56,062 nt of DNA, from IMG/VR virus record IMGVR_UViG_3300020473_001840, positions 1 to 56,062 of that record. One strand, given 5' to 3'. The position numbers and the translations under genes are program-made. The DNA is from a virus. Lineage: Duplodnaviria > Caudoviricetes. This document shows positions 42,301-51,180 of this stretch, piece after piece. The notes beneath the pieces are model-generated. The model did no database searches, had not been told where the DNA came from, and saw only the letters and a list, made by a program, of their open reading frames with translations. Within the stretch, counting starts at the first letter, position 1. Each line of letters starts with the position of its first letter.

Positions 42301-43101
42301 GGCGAATCCGTACGCAGGCAAATAGAAATGATGCAAAAATATATATTCCCCCCTGAGCTTGATTTTCTAACTTGGTCGGATGAAATTGATCCTATGGTGA
42401 TGTATGTTTTTGAGTTTAGTTATACTTTTGATAAAGATGATTTATCATATATATGGCAGAACACTGCTCCTCGCGATTATAAACAGATTACGAAACAAGC
42501 TACATCTGTGTCGCATGAATTAATAAATACAGAATTATTATCTGAAGCTAACCTGAGTGATAATGAAACACTTCGATGGATGATATTTAAAGTCAAGCAG
42601 CGATCGCAAAGACTGCATTCTGATTTTAAAACAAGCGACTCCATTAATGCGCCTGCAACGCACTTACAAAGCTATAATCCAGTCACAGAAACGTTTGAAG
42701 TTGCCTCATTGCCGCCTCGTTTATATAATTGGCCTTATGATTATTTATCTTTCGTAGAGAAAGTTTCTATAGATGTTCAAGTTTTATTTAAGGAAGACGA
42801 AGATGTTTTAACGCATAGAGATGATTCTGAAGTCCAATACGAACTCAGCACCGGTCCTATGAATAATCCACTCGGTTCGCAAACACTAGCTGATTTAAGT
42901 TTTTATAACAATATAGTAGGTGCAGATCAAAGAATATCCTCCGGATTCCTCGCACCAGTTACTACCAATACAGCGGGAAATCGTTTCTCGACAATGAGTT
43001 ATGGACCGGCCAACGTTAGGCTTGATACCGGTAAGTTAAGTCGAGATACAGATTCTGACTCTGATTTTCAAGAAATGGATATAGATTACGCAGGCGAATA
43101 A
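33343..43101 (+). CDS. Giant baseplate/tail protein (3252 aa) with LamG-like domains and a P2 gpI/T4 gp7-like motif
   Basis: VTVEFWLK, WNHFAF, LYKNG and GSLDEFRFW (LamG). IFKSKGTTRAIK resembles the tail protein I KGT motif. Confidence 0.7.
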   Translation: MSIKKLFDSNRNYSGYADDKERYEFVESKDNAAQILKKDLTFTPQIDYSDPANFIKYSSAYLFYKGALDKISDYYPYDGSSAEKTKFYNSLLEGEKYIFDSLYPSSTGYILLSADGWGSRSGAVTSDGYGLPSSLEYITFKGGPLSSSSGPLSSQGPNPESDKIHHANIYDENIYRTAGLPDSYGKGTRLSNLRSNFDTGVTVEFWLKKPAFTNTNTSKEVILDVWNNFATSSNSYGRLTIELTGAATGSPFIFTVQSGTTSTALKHTTIGNDFTTASITGWNHFAFSFYNTGSNFVVKLYKNGVLNDFNTYNSNINELNSKGMMGRIGALLTAPSGSSATAGAGKLSGSLDEFRFWKVTRNSQQINRNWFDNVEGGTNTDISNTTLGVYYKFNEGIVGSSSIDSIVLDYAGRISNGTWTGYDSYSRNTGSAIVSSSAAIFEKQDPIIRTQHTQFLNLSSSLMGTGSWYDLNNNSAFVNYVPSWIIEDHENNSNENLKVISHIMGSYFDKLYLLAEQIPKIKQVNYFTASVPPVPFARHLPQSLGLYTPDTFIDSSIVERLLNRGETTLFEGNLQDTKNEIYVNLYNNLTNIFKSKGTTRAIKNVFRCFNLDDSLLQFRQYSSNTTYDLENNLVQKNISKNYSDFSKKLNTGSVVYQAVDSSNANSSGYISGSYGSPNEVGVEDPFGATVEASITFPFYIKRLTYDSRNNLSSSLFGLHTVNTASAASLNGTLTTLQNVYSKQDYANFQVYAVRDKKKSKNAYFLLTSSFSPYPIPALSSSVFFDVYNNNNWNFSVRLRPTGYPLAGLVSGSLTYTYDVIFKGTNSVLGTVYNSFEVSSSISYALGSNFLRSPKRIYIGSRRENITGSLLVPSDVMVSNVKYWTKFLDNQSLLQHTKDQFNAGISGSYQNISPLHPSGSNLDLLNANTLALNWDFETVTSSNSTGNFVVTDYSSGSALIRNNFNWLGKVSGYQHTGYGYNFPNSSENVIERRQINNFEFVDPEQVVSSEMINILDQDDMVFDIEETVPDYLFTLEKSMQNAVSDEMLKFFAGVIDFNNVIGAPVNRYRDRYKDLEKLREVFFRRVTKTSNVEKFIGYYKWFDDAISTIVEQLIPASADYIPDVMNVIEPYVLERNKYQTKFPTLEFKQPDIEAPIYGINEQLYNARTGRSPVSASQWISKSKRNQAYDILYWKDRAERDSTELSSGNATINTQRQTVRRIVASQPFLSKSLPLVRTIDGTRYQVQEYQRRNFQRLYTYSIKTGSTIHGGVNFEPSKKIEFTYNALYPAGPVDDGDGGMFIPQNVLVSFMNELENLPVNKDPKPDWIKTKRHIKVYHGRDYGEGLTYSNVKSSIAFPFNLFDTTVNSGFQAIVNSRITGNVTITNLHNDVYGPHMEKPMQGPFTNYAVGGHQSRHIRINTGSDTYYNRPEAWKLLLGTCNNDATTIAYSGAIGMAGADYPWPEANAVGARPYPMTASQKAVYYRDMIAKRPLNIRNIRHTTGAVESTSEAGRGFTVLGNFNHNYDVVNTFGAYSNPRAFIENQPTLPVKAFPQRATSSTSTNTILDIHRYSGVESLGRTLFVPDYAVNYLRGNISPPNKSVIRTKFGAPGGIETSTPAYTDFRSDEYSVYNTINYRNLTVIKPQQGPSGTLSTFAANLQTGSIRVNDIHGKPFGLRALLARHSAQFGRDSLWITGTTARVDGPEQTAGGPGATYNQFPSFQKVNRNKIRQMKINAAGAYYTSSIYDNAFITQQIPKSTLQYAWITASYKTLNDRFGIVRSDFRVSTSAGYKDSIEFLQSGEFISYNAAGVRIFGKDERFVGGSPHGRTDFVGLNTNVLDVPVTSSSLLGNSTTLTDYYNSNLIDGLNTEGTASIFNALILNRQGPYGWPSWKHLRVGDQSKLLRLDKRNNRVRFLSSTGSHGSTAEFEMPPVSLRGRTLQMAIEDPNAAAPPGFEEVDAPTTSTKEAGPGGASAITEGVAERYVMQAWNADFSNNYIYFNRSTFDDQFNLSSDDKITAGEQALQIATSENFALDWVIYTENIFPSQRNEFLSHSRTRLGYDNKYWRNSNADRVTLGDTLDNSLDIDISQSSWPLDAPSDFMTRTKVPFVTWLVVPTTSSAQLKAARNTLANSASAGEMQNTYSTYFTSSNHITRLSRFECGGILTPGVLYARKQTISTPTSVVSPSGMIIPQTGSGKPLPFASTKQIQVFAGEALWEAGSKAGILVSTTASAAIGRRAIGSPVKWVSRPTLPWFNSYEDFNYLIKKVSDSIEFAVVPEYRYSEHVETYQTVGFFNEGNWDTFHIPETNISSSDDTFYLDYSNSEFLKEFLKVEELSGLKAKEIRLVCSGTIRFNPYKGFYPAQRTIDIANMFWKTYGYPDWQTDLGDYTESGQISGSSPKCLYQPFFAPGILYNSIKSGLAVDWPLVMNFDKIDRVQYGDSVTGKKDNWAITTLTASMPAQGPFYDYRVPFEALIQPRVYVDSTQYVDMDAHPSCSLVNITHSFNPGGGDDTLYTAMVSNFIAETMNCFLENSGPTKIKSNPFTTKLIQSGSVYGARLKIRRSMSGSRDYSYESGSSNTGFTTARAYFKDGGRRIVSNSAGTVFNFSQDEKGFPIPQDPIRNSKYRENFTMYSRPTAFGPPTAGISEGQKTTMSKYATETVFDSFNGSNTAYTPPYYNGEAWCDLIFRASSSVNAAGAQYTLADIMANTKAIYWRIDPGYATGSFTTATNPQKTHRYATTLVYDETLTDGKCRAPYTGQYINQHSMQLSASINIFGRDRVQVVEDIDPVHVTLDPSGESTYEQWVIQPKWETPMLNFSDLSEYRPLISSEISLPSNYGQASVPRGMWHQFGIIDSDFNRGIYLEISDIPPTWLENHYDTLINDTIYNNYNAKISGSNVIHDMKSLVDLVGFETAESSVKLGRIKDSLTIEEAVVAVPYIVETIDRRKADGTYEAYDLKKFISIPGVRVLGATSSPSTTRIGDSLEAAGESVRRQIEMMQKYIFPPELDFLTWSDEIDPMVMYVFEFSYTFDKDDLSYIWQNTAPRDYKQITKQATSVSHELINTELLSEANLSDNETLRWMIFKVKQRSQRLHSDFKTSDSINAPATHLQSYNPVTETFEVASLPPRLYNWPYDYLSFVEKVSIDVQVLFKEDEDVLTHRDDSEVQYELSTGPMNNPLGSQTLADLSFYNNIVGADQRISSGFLAPVTTNTAGNRFSTMSYGPANVRLDTGKLSRDTDSDSDFQEMDIDYAGE

Positions 43102-43136
43102 AATTTTAGCAATAAAGATAATTAATAGAGAACAAA

Positions 43137-44210
43137 ATGAAATTTTTTAACAAAAAAGAACAAGTGATGGATTTTAAGTTGACTTCTTATGGTCAATATT
43201 TGTTGTCTAATGGAAATTTCAAGCCAGTTTATTATACATTTTATGATGATAATGTTTTGTATGATGGAAAATATGCACATATTAGCGAGTCATCAAACAC
43301 TGTTTACGATAGAGTTAAAAACAACACACAGTATATGCAAACTCAAACACTTTTTGAAGAAGTGGAAAACAGCGTTCAGAAAATAATTAAGGTTGGTTCA
43401 TTGTCTTATTACGCTGGAGATGTCGAGCCAATCGCTCAAGATCCTAGAAAGGATACTTTTCATTTTGAACACCCTATAGGAGATGCATATTTAGAAGGAG
43501 ATACGAATGTTGCCCCGGCCTGGAAAGTAGTATTACTTCAGGGTGAAATTTCTTCCTCAGCTACTAAAGATGTATTAAATAATTTTGATATACCGCAAAT
43601 AAACATTACGGCAAATTATAGAAAAAAAGTTGCTAAAGCTTCTAATTTTTACAATGATGCAGTCGCGGATCTTAACACAGATGCGTTTGAAGAGCAAATA
43701 AGAGGAGCAATAAAAACAGCTACTTTTGAAGATGGTAATGTTATTTTCTTACAGCGTCCTGAATTAGTTATATATGCAGAAGAAGTTAACACAATGTTAT
43801 TAATGGAGAATTATGATATAGAAGTTTTTGAAATTTTAACGGCTTCTTTACCTGCTGCATGTCCTACTTGCGACAAGCAGGATACATTTTCGCGAAAATA
43901 TTTTATCAATGAGATGAAAAAAGTAGAGAACGGCTTTTTAACTGAAGAAATGGCTAATCCTACTTTATACGGTAGTGCGCATCAACAAGCCTATGCGACT
44001 ATTAATGAACAAACGTCTAGTGTGGGCTATTATTTCAACATGTACAAAGATCAAGAAATTGATGCTTCTTTGGCTTGCAGATCTGCGCAGATTTTTAACA
44101 AACAATCATATTATATTGATTTAGATTTTGACTGTGATAATCTAGATGATCAGGGGCTTGGAATTGTACCTGATATATATGGCAAGGTAACGGAGTCTGA
44201 GCTATGTTAA
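43137..44210 (+). CDS. Putative baseplate/tail structural protein
   Basis: N-terminus (FKLTSYGQYLLSNGNF..Y.FYDDNVLYD) is a distant paralog of 51181 and 52224. Confidence 0.55.
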   Translation: MKFFNKKEQVMDFKLTSYGQYLLSNGNFKPVYYTFYDDNVLYDGKYAHISESSNTVYDRVKNNTQYMQTQTLFEEVENSVQKIIKVGSLSYYAGDVEPIAQDPRKDTFHFEHPIGDAYLEGDTNVAPAWKVVLLQGEISSSATKDVLNNFDIPQINITANYRKKVAKASNFYNDAVADLNTDAFEEQIRGAIKTATFEDGNVIFLQRPELVIYAEEVNTMLLMENYDIEVFEILTASLPAACPTCDKQDTFSRKYFINEMKKVENGFLTEEMANPTLYGSAHQQAYATINEQTSSVGYYFNMYKDQEIDASLACRSAQIFNKQSYYIDLDFDCDNLDDQGLGIVPDIYGKVTESELC

Positions 44211-47056
44211 CAGCTGTTTCAAATAATAAAATGGCGGCATGCGGCAATACTTTGCCTGCTCTTTATATTGAAAAAGTTGCTGTTTATGATTCGTATTTAG
44301 AAGTTACATTAACATATTATATATACGCATCCGCAGCCCAAGATATATCTGAAGTAGTAAGCACCGTTTCAGATGTAAATTTTTATGTGTGCCCGGTTTT
44401 TGATGGATACCCAGCACCAGAAGAAGTGTCTGGTATAGCTTATGGAGCACAAGATATATCTAAAACTAATAGAATAGGCCAACTTATATCGTTAGGCAGG
44501 GGTGTGCCTAATTATATATCAAAACTTATGGAAAGCGATGAAATGTTTGATGTATTTATCGCTGATGATGACGAGGATTTTAACTATTATTCTCTTTACA
44601 ATCATAAAGGAGCTTTTGGTATCTCTGCTAATGAGTTTGAATTGGTAGAAGAAGAAGTGGGTACTATTTTTAGAACTGCAAAATACAGCAGAACTCTCAC
44701 AATTACCCCAGACTATCTTGGAACCTCAACCCCCTCATCAGACGATATTAGTGATTCTTATGGTGATATATTCCTTAATGCGGCAAATTTAGATTTTGAT
44801 TTAACATTAATTAGTTTTTCAACAACCGTAGATCTTGGTCATGATTTTGGAGGCGAAATGTTTGCAGAGTTTGCGACCAGTTTAAATGAGACGCCTCGTC
44901 TAAAAAATCTTTACAGAGGCTTTTTCTCAGATATATCGCACCAACATATATTTAAGCGTGGCCAGATGCACAAGGAGCCTATACCGGCATATGTGCTACC
45001 AAATATGATTCCCTATAATGGCGATGTTTTACAAACTATCAATGGAGACTATCGACAAGCAAACGCAACTGTAAACAATGCTATGATGGTTAGCAGATTT
45101 AGAGAATTGCTTCAAGAAAGCACATCCGCCCACGGAGAATATTTTGATTCAGCCATGTCTACGTTTACTATGCTGCTGATACAATTTGCAGAATCTCCAT
45201 TTTTGTTGAAAAATCTTAACGAATTTGGCTTGACTTATGTAGATAAATCACGCGCTACAGTTCCAGGGCGCTGGTATCATTCTTTTAGAAGAACATTGTT
45301 GTCTTTAAATGATATGGTCCGTCAATTACCTATGCTAAGAAAACAATTAATTACCACCCCTGTTCTTATTGATTATAGAAGCGAAACAGAACTTAACTAT
45401 ACATCCCCGGATCCGGGCACTTATGATACAAGTGAAGATTACATTTTTACTAATGAGGGATCATTCATAATGTCTCGAATAGGGATCTTTGATCGAAGTC
45501 AGTATACGTGGCTGTCGGAGGATCCGGATATCGCCGAAAAAGATACCGGTGATGCTTTAATAGATACTGATCTCTTTTACAGCCTTGAATATGTTAATGT
45601 AGATACAGGATTTTTCTTTTTTGATTATGAAAAAGCGATTAGAACTCAAACAACGTTATCACATTATTTAAACTTTGATGCTTTGACCTCGTTCTTTGGC
45701 CAGGGGCTAATAAATCAACATTTTAAACTTGATGAAGTTGAGCTTTGGCGATTTAATTCTGATGGTACGATAATCTCTAGACAACAGACAACATACGATA
45801 GTTCGTTAGAATCTTCAGGGCCTTCTATTGTGTCTGCTAGCGCAACAGTTTCTTATGGTACTGTTTCTGATATGGGATATTCGCCTGGATTGCTGTCTTA
45901 TAATTATGATACTGAAGATGTCGGCGACGAACGTTTAGGAGTAGCGGCGCAACTATCAGACAATACTGAAATTTTGTATCCTGAATTAATGTTGAGGAAT
46001 TTTGCACTTCCAGGACAAAGTGAGCAAAACGAATATCGATTAATGGCGTTTCAATTTATGGGCCTTTACGATTCTGATGGAACTTATGAAACTAGCCCTC
46101 GTATTGATGATTATTATGTTGCATCAGTTACATGCATTGATTACACCAAGCAACTCATTATGGCTATGACCAGTTCATTAGCAAATTATACTACTGGCTC
46201 CTTTGCCGACTATCTTGCCGCAGCTCAAGAATATTGTAGCTACAATAATGTTGACGGTTTTTTTAATGATTTTTTCGCTAGCAATGCTGAAGCTCAGTTT
46301 GGTGGAGAACCCGGTAGCGCACCGTGGATTTGGGCGCCGACTATTTATAATCTTCATCGAGAAATGTTGTATGCACATTTTGGTGGAAATTTACAGCTTT
46401 TAACGTCAAATACTATAAGCTTGAGTGAGCGTATTTCACCACATACAGGCCGTCTAGACGAACTCGAAGATTTTGCAGAAGATCTTCAAGGATTGCTGGA
46501 CTTTTATGATTCGATTGATTTAAGTGCGTGGGGGTCGGAACGCTCAATTACATTCGGCAGCACGCAAGTACCAGTTTCTCAATTTGGAAGACCGACTTTC
46601 CCAGATTTTGAAATTGATCCTATCTACGAAGATCCAGATTACGAACCGCCTGAACCCGAGCGAACTTGGCACGAAACTCATATATATACATACGAGTTTG
46701 GCAAATACTTTATAGGTGTTGATGATGGTAAACTCAAGGCAGCGCTGACAACGAGGTTGAACAATTGGAATGCAGGAACGAGCAGTGATCCAGAATTTAA
46801 CGATGATTATCAAGAGATGTGGGACGAAATAGAAGAGTGGATTGAAGCTTATGACGGCGTAGTACGAGACGAAGTAGAAGACGGAGACGCATCAGCTTCT
46901 AGAACTGCAAGTTTTCAGGACGAAGTTGATCCGGAATGGAACGACATCCACTGGCCTCATGATATGCTGCTCTATGAATTTAAGATCTCGTATAAGGATG
47001 GAGACAAAAATGATGGCCGGGTAGATGTCTGGGAAAAAGCGTATTATATTGGTTAA
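44204..47056 (+). CDS. Hypothetical acidic protein, probable virion component (950 aa)
   Basis: Long ORF in the structural module, Asp/Glu/Tyr-rich. Confidence 0.55.
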   Translation: MLTAVSNNKMAACGNTLPALYIEKVAVYDSYLEVTLTYYIYASAAQDISEVVSTVSDVNFYVCPVFDGYPAPEEVSGIAYGAQDISKTNRIGQLISLGRGVPNYISKLMESDEMFDVFIADDDEDFNYYSLYNHKGAFGISANEFELVEEEVGTIFRTAKYSRTLTITPDYLGTSTPSSDDISDSYGDIFLNAANLDFDLTLISFSTTVDLGHDFGGEMFAEFATSLNETPRLKNLYRGFFSDISHQHIFKRGQMHKEPIPAYVLPNMIPYNGDVLQTINGDYRQANATVNNAMMVSRFRELLQESTSAHGEYFDSAMSTFTMLLIQFAESPFLLKNLNEFGLTYVDKSRATVPGRWYHSFRRTLLSLNDMVRQLPMLRKQLITTPVLIDYRSETELNYTSPDPGTYDTSEDYIFTNEGSFIMSRIGIFDRSQYTWLSEDPDIAEKDTGDALIDTDLFYSLEYVNVDTGFFFFDYEKAIRTQTTLSHYLNFDALTSFFGQGLINQHFKLDEVELWRFNSDGTIISRQQTTYDSSLESSGPSIVSASATVSYGTVSDMGYSPGLLSYNYDTEDVGDERLGVAAQLSDNTEILYPELMLRNFALPGQSEQNEYRLMAFQFMGLYDSDGTYETSPRIDDYYVASVTCIDYTKQLIMAMTSSLANYTTGSFADYLAAAQEYCSYNNVDGFFNDFFASNAEAQFGGEPGSAPWIWAPTIYNLHREMLYAHFGGNLQLLTSNTISLSERISPHTGRLDELEDFAEDLQGLLDFYDSIDLSAWGSERSITFGSTQVPVSQFGRPTFPDFEIDPIYEDPDYEPPEPERTWHETHIYTYEFGKYFIGVDDGKLKAALTTRLNNWNAGTSSDPEFNDDYQEMWDEIEEWIEAYDGVVRDEVEDGDASASRTASFQDEVDPEWNDIHWPHDMLLYEFKISYKDGDKNDGRVDVWEKAYYIG

Positions 47057-47070
47057 ATTGGAGATTTAAA

Positions 47071-47685
47071 ATGGGTTATAAAAGTTTTTCTACATCAAAG
47101 TTAAAAAATGCTAAAAAAATGAAAGCTGTACGTGAGCGCGCTAATCGCAGATTAGTAAATGGAAGTTACGAGTCTAATCTAAATAGCGTCTCTTTTAAGC
47201 TTAATAATGCTGAACAAATTTTGCGCAGAAAAGGTGTTGCTGTACAATCGCACAATTATGAAGTTCAAGGAATGATAGACATGATTGCAACGTCAAAAGG
47301 CGACACCTCTCAAACTGAAAAGATTAAACAGGTGGCTACTGCGTACGCCGTTCTAGAATCAATAGGCATCTCGGCTATCCCCAACCAGCCCAGATCCCGC
47401 ACATTTATGAACACTGACCCTTTACACTTAAAGGATGCAAATTCTCCAGTAGATATTGAACGTGTAAAAAAAGAAAAAAATGAACTTATTTCAACCAAAA
47501 AAAGCTTTAAAGATCATAAAAATCCATTTTATAATTTAGATGCAAACATATCCAAACAAGAGTTGAGAGAAATTAGAAATCGTAAAAAAATGGATGAAAT
47601 GGTTAATCCTTCTAATGTAGCGGCCGCATTTTTTGATTTAAACATGCTAATTAGTAGTGTACCAACACTAGGACAATTTAAATAA
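47071..47685 (+). CDS. Hypothetical basic protein
   Basis: 204-aa Lys-rich ORF with GGAG SD. Confidence 0.6.
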   Translation: MGYKSFSTSKLKNAKKMKAVRERANRRLVNGSYESNLNSVSFKLNNAEQILRRKGVAVQSHNYEVQGMIDMIATSKGDTSQTEKIKQVATAYAVLESIGISAIPNQPRSRTFMNTDPLHLKDANSPVDIERVKKEKNELISTKKSFKDHKNPFYNLDANISKQELREIRNRKKMDEMVNPSNVAAAFFDLNMLISSVPTLGQFK

Positions 47686-48419
47686 TGGGAGCCGCTACAT
47701 ACATAGAGGCCTCTGGTTCGGCCGCCCCGGAAGAAGCAACTTATACCGATGCTGCACTTGAAGGCTTCGATGTGGCTGCCGGCACTGATGCGTCCGGATC
47801 AGTAGGTATAATTTATTCTCTTGAAGCATTCGATGAGAATGGATTCTATTTTGACCTTACACCAGGGTTTGCAGTCTCAGGAGATGCTGAGAATATTGCT
47901 AACATACTTCAAACCATATCAAGCAGCCAAATGACTCTTGTACAAGAAATATATATGTACACGCTTGATGTTCCAAGCGAAGGAGATAGATATATAACAA
48001 TAACATCCCCCGGATACAACGGTCTTACAGATCCTGTAATTTCTAGCTTCGCCGAAGATACCATACTCACACCTGGCGATCCATTCGGTACTTCTTTTAC
48101 GCAACATCTTCAGGCGGGAGACTATACTATTACATTAGATGGCGCCGAAGTAACTGGTCTTATATCGCAATTTGGAAATCCAAATGCGCTGGGTTCTTCA
48201 ACAGCTGAGTTGATAGAGGGAATAATATCTGATGTTGCTTCAACTGTAGAAAATTCATATATTTCTAGACGCGTCCATTTACCGCGCACAAAAGCTTTGA
48301 GAATATTACCACGTGAATTTTCAACGTTAGCTCCCATCCCTATCGCCCAAACTGGTTCATTTGATAGTGCGGCTTCTACACTAGCGTCCACAATGACTAC
48401 GGAATCTACGGGATATTAA
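47685..48419 (+). CDS. Hypothetical acidic Ser/Thr-rich protein, probable virion component
   Basis: 244-aa ORF, TAATG overlap with the upstream gene. Confidence 0.55.
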   Translation: MGAATYIEASGSAAPEEATYTDAALEGFDVAAGTDASGSVGIIYSLEAFDENGFYFDLTPGFAVSGDAENIANILQTISSSQMTLVQEIYMYTLDVPSEGDRYITITSPGYNGLTDPVISSFAEDTILTPGDPFGTSFTQHLQAGDYTITLDGAEVTGLISQFGNPNALGSSTAELIEGIISDVASTVENSYISRRVHLPRTKALRILPREFSTLAPIPIAQTGSFDSAASTLASTMTTESTGY

Positions 48420-48420
48420 T

Positions 48421-51159
48421 ATGAGTTCAAAAGTTAAAACATTTAATTTTATTAATAGAGGATTGGTGTCTTCTTCTGGGCCCACATTGCGTACTGCTTT
48501 AGGAGGCGGTTATTGGAAGCTTGAAGCCGAAGTTGATAATACAACAGAGCCTGAGTTTGTCTCTTTGGGAGACGGTTCTGGCGTGGGTTCTGCCGGCCGC
48601 GAGCTTCCCGAAAATGATATTTTTTCTCGTGTATTGACTGATTGGCCTTTAAGCACCACTAGTAGCGCTAGGGTATCAGTTCCAAGTTATAAAGTGGCTG
48701 TTAGACTTGTGGGCGAAGCGGATCATATTGCTGATGATGCAGAGTGGAGAACAATAATTGCTGGTGGCTCTTATGGAACCGCCTCTTACGAAGGCGTATT
48801 CATGCCGCGTTCGTATGACGACACTAGTTTTGAAATTCAAATGCCTTATATGCCGCTTTATTTGAAGACATATGATTATGAGAACTATGAAGACTATGAA
48901 GTGTTTGGCTTAGGGTACGACTACAATCATCATATAAGTGAATTTCAAAATTATATAATAGATATTGATAGTGAACTACAAATTCCTAGTTATTATTTAT
49001 TATTAAATCATAAGCTTGGATTTGAAGATCAAAATAGTGAAGCTTTTAACAACTTATTAAGTCGCGAAGGAACAGAGTCAACTGAGCATATTTTAAGCAT
49101 ATATTCAACTCAATTCCCGCCTGTATATGATATAGACGCAGCAGATTTTGAATTAGAAACCGGCATATTTTTAGATAAAATACATAATATGGTTGGTTAT
49201 TTTACTGGCTCTTTTATTACCACGCCATTGTCTGCGTCTACCATTCAAGATGTAGAGTATATGGGAAAAAACTTATTTTTCAATAAAACGTCCCAGTTTA
49301 GAACGTTTCTAGAGTCGTTACAATACAAAGATCGCATGCCTTATTATGCCAAACTTAGTGTTCCGGTCACGGACACAGAGGGCACTTTTTATACTTATAT
49401 ATCAAGCTCTGGTTTTGAAAATATTATGCTAACTTATTTAAAGGAATATTTTGTAGACAAGCCACAGCAAGCAACTACAATTACATATGAAAACTATGTT
49501 AATGGTCTTTACCCCGTTGCTTCAAGTATATCAGAGGAACATGTTGTTGATGGAGATTTTCGATTTCCCCAATATACTTTTAAAGCATGCAATCTATACA
49601 CAATGATTCTGGATACATTTAGAAATTCAGCCAGAGAAAGAGAGGGAGATTTTTGTATTGTTGGGGGTCAAGATGCTGATCGACAAAAAATCATTAATTC
49701 GATAGGCAGATATCGATATTGTAATACAGTGGCTGCATTAAATCTGCTAGAAAAAGTCAATGAACATTTGACCATAGACACTCCTATTCCTGGCCTTAGC
49801 TTAAACCCAGGCAATGAAACGCAATTAGAAGATTTATTGAATGCATCTCAAGAATCCCGCTATAGCGAAATACTTGCCTATAGAATTGAAAAAAGAAAAC
49901 CGTATAGAGCGGCGGATACCACCGATGTTGCGACTGAAGAAGTTCCTTCAGGAAAAGTGCTTCAAAACTTCTTAATTTCTAATGCTAATACGTTGTTGAG
50001 ATCAAATTCAAATAGAGATGGGTTTACCATATTTGATTCCCAAATCAAATATGGGGAACAATATACATATTCAATGTTTGCATATGTTTTAATAACTGGA
50101 TTTAGTTATGGTATATCTGATACGGTAGTAAGTAGACAATTGGCGACAACGGCAAGTTCGGACACCGCTGATACTACGTATTGTGTAGAGTTTTATAATC
50201 CATTTAGATCTAACTTTCCAACAAGAGATAGGCTTGTTTACACTGATGGATTTTCATATTCAACTCCAGCAACAAGTAGCTATTATACAGCAGCTCAATT
50301 AAATTCACCGTATAGATACCTTGCAGATTTTAATTTTTCATGTGAACCGTTGCTGCAGATTGTAGAGGTGCCATTAGGCGGCAAAGCACTTACAGTGTTA
50401 GATCACCCTATGCAAGAAATAGATTTATCTCCGTTTCAAAGAATGGACGCTTCACAGACTATAGGATTTTTAGTTAATTTAGAGTCCCCTCAATCATTGA
50501 CTTTTCCGACGATATTGACTGAAAATGATTTTGATTATAGATCAAAATATCTGGTCTCTAACGATCTTATTGATACTGATAAAATCAGCGATCGCTGCCG
50601 ATCGCAGCCCAATCGAGTTCAAATATATCGAAAAACCACAATGCCTAGAAGTAAAACAGATTTTAGCGAAGAGGATTTAATTGTCGAAAAAGATTTAATA
50701 TTGCCGAATACTTCTTATAGTTTAACAAATTGTGTACACGAAGAAAGAGTACAGACTAATAAAGAATATTATTATTTAATGAGATTTATAAGCAACAATG
50801 AAACCATTGGACATACAACTGCCGTTGTTAAAGCGCAATTAGTTAGCGATGGAGGCTATATATATTCTTTATTCGATCAATTTACAGAGCAAGATTTGTT
50901 AGAAGTGTATTCGGACAATATAGCCCCAATAACTCCTGCGATTCAATTTAAAAAATTAATGCAGATTATTCCCAATATTCATCAAATAGCGCTTGATGAT
51001 ACAGATGTAGATTATACAAATAGCTCATACAGCGAAATTTCAAATTTAAAAGTAGGAACAATGGACGAAAGTATTTTTGATAAAACTTTTAAAATTAGAC
51101 TAACATCTAAGAAAACAGGCAAAAAAATTGATTTAAATGTAACTTACAAATTAAATTAA
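48421..51159 (+). CDS. Hypothetical virion structural protein (912 aa)
   Basis: Long ORF with FN3-like patches (FDSQIKYGEQYTY, VQTNKEYYY) and C-terminal FKIRLTSKKTGKKIDLNV. Confidence 0.55.
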   Translation: MSSKVKTFNFINRGLVSSSGPTLRTALGGGYWKLEAEVDNTTEPEFVSLGDGSGVGSAGRELPENDIFSRVLTDWPLSTTSSARVSVPSYKVAVRLVGEADHIADDAEWRTIIAGGSYGTASYEGVFMPRSYDDTSFEIQMPYMPLYLKTYDYENYEDYEVFGLGYDYNHHISEFQNYIIDIDSELQIPSYYLLLNHKLGFEDQNSEAFNNLLSREGTESTEHILSIYSTQFPPVYDIDAADFELETGIFLDKIHNMVGYFTGSFITTPLSASTIQDVEYMGKNLFFNKTSQFRTFLESLQYKDRMPYYAKLSVPVTDTEGTFYTYISSSGFENIMLTYLKEYFVDKPQQATTITYENYVNGLYPVASSISEEHVVDGDFRFPQYTFKACNLYTMILDTFRNSAREREGDFCIVGGQDADRQKIINSIGRYRYCNTVAALNLLEKVNEHLTIDTPIPGLSLNPGNETQLEDLLNASQESRYSEILAYRIEKRKPYRAADTTDVATEEVPSGKVLQNFLISNANTLLRSNSNRDGFTIFDSQIKYGEQYTYSMFAYVLITGFSYGISDTVVSRQLATTASSDTADTTYCVEFYNPFRSNFPTRDRLVYTDGFSYSTPATSSYYTAAQLNSPYRYLADFNFSCEPLLQIVEVPLGGKALTVLDHPMQEIDLSPFQRMDASQTIGFLVNLESPQSLTFPTILTENDFDYRSKYLVSNDLIDTDKISDRCRSQPNRVQIYRKTTMPRSKTDFSEEDLIVEKDLILPNTSYSLTNCVHEERVQTNKEYYYLMRFISNNETIGHTTAVVKAQLVSDGGYIYSLFDQFTEQDLLEVYSDNIAPITPAIQFKKLMQIIPNIHQIALDDTDVDYTNSSYSEISNLKVGTMDESIFDKTFKIRLTSKKTGKKIDLNVTYKLN

Positions 51160-51163
51160 ATAA

Positions 51164-51171
51164 TATTTATA
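51164..51171 (+). promoter_or_regulatory. Candidate late-promoter motif TATTTATA
   Basis: In the 21-bp gap before 51181. The leader AGAGAACAAATG is nearly identical to that of gene 43137. Confidence 0.35.
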
Positions 51172-51180
51172 AGAGAACAA

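Noticed and set aside
5375-50595. Four HIP1 octamers GCGATCGC (5375, 9839, 42600, 50588) as evidence of a cyanobacterial host
   Set aside because: Density is far below typical HIP1 genomes and may be part of the general palindrome bias. No cyanophage marker genes in the window.
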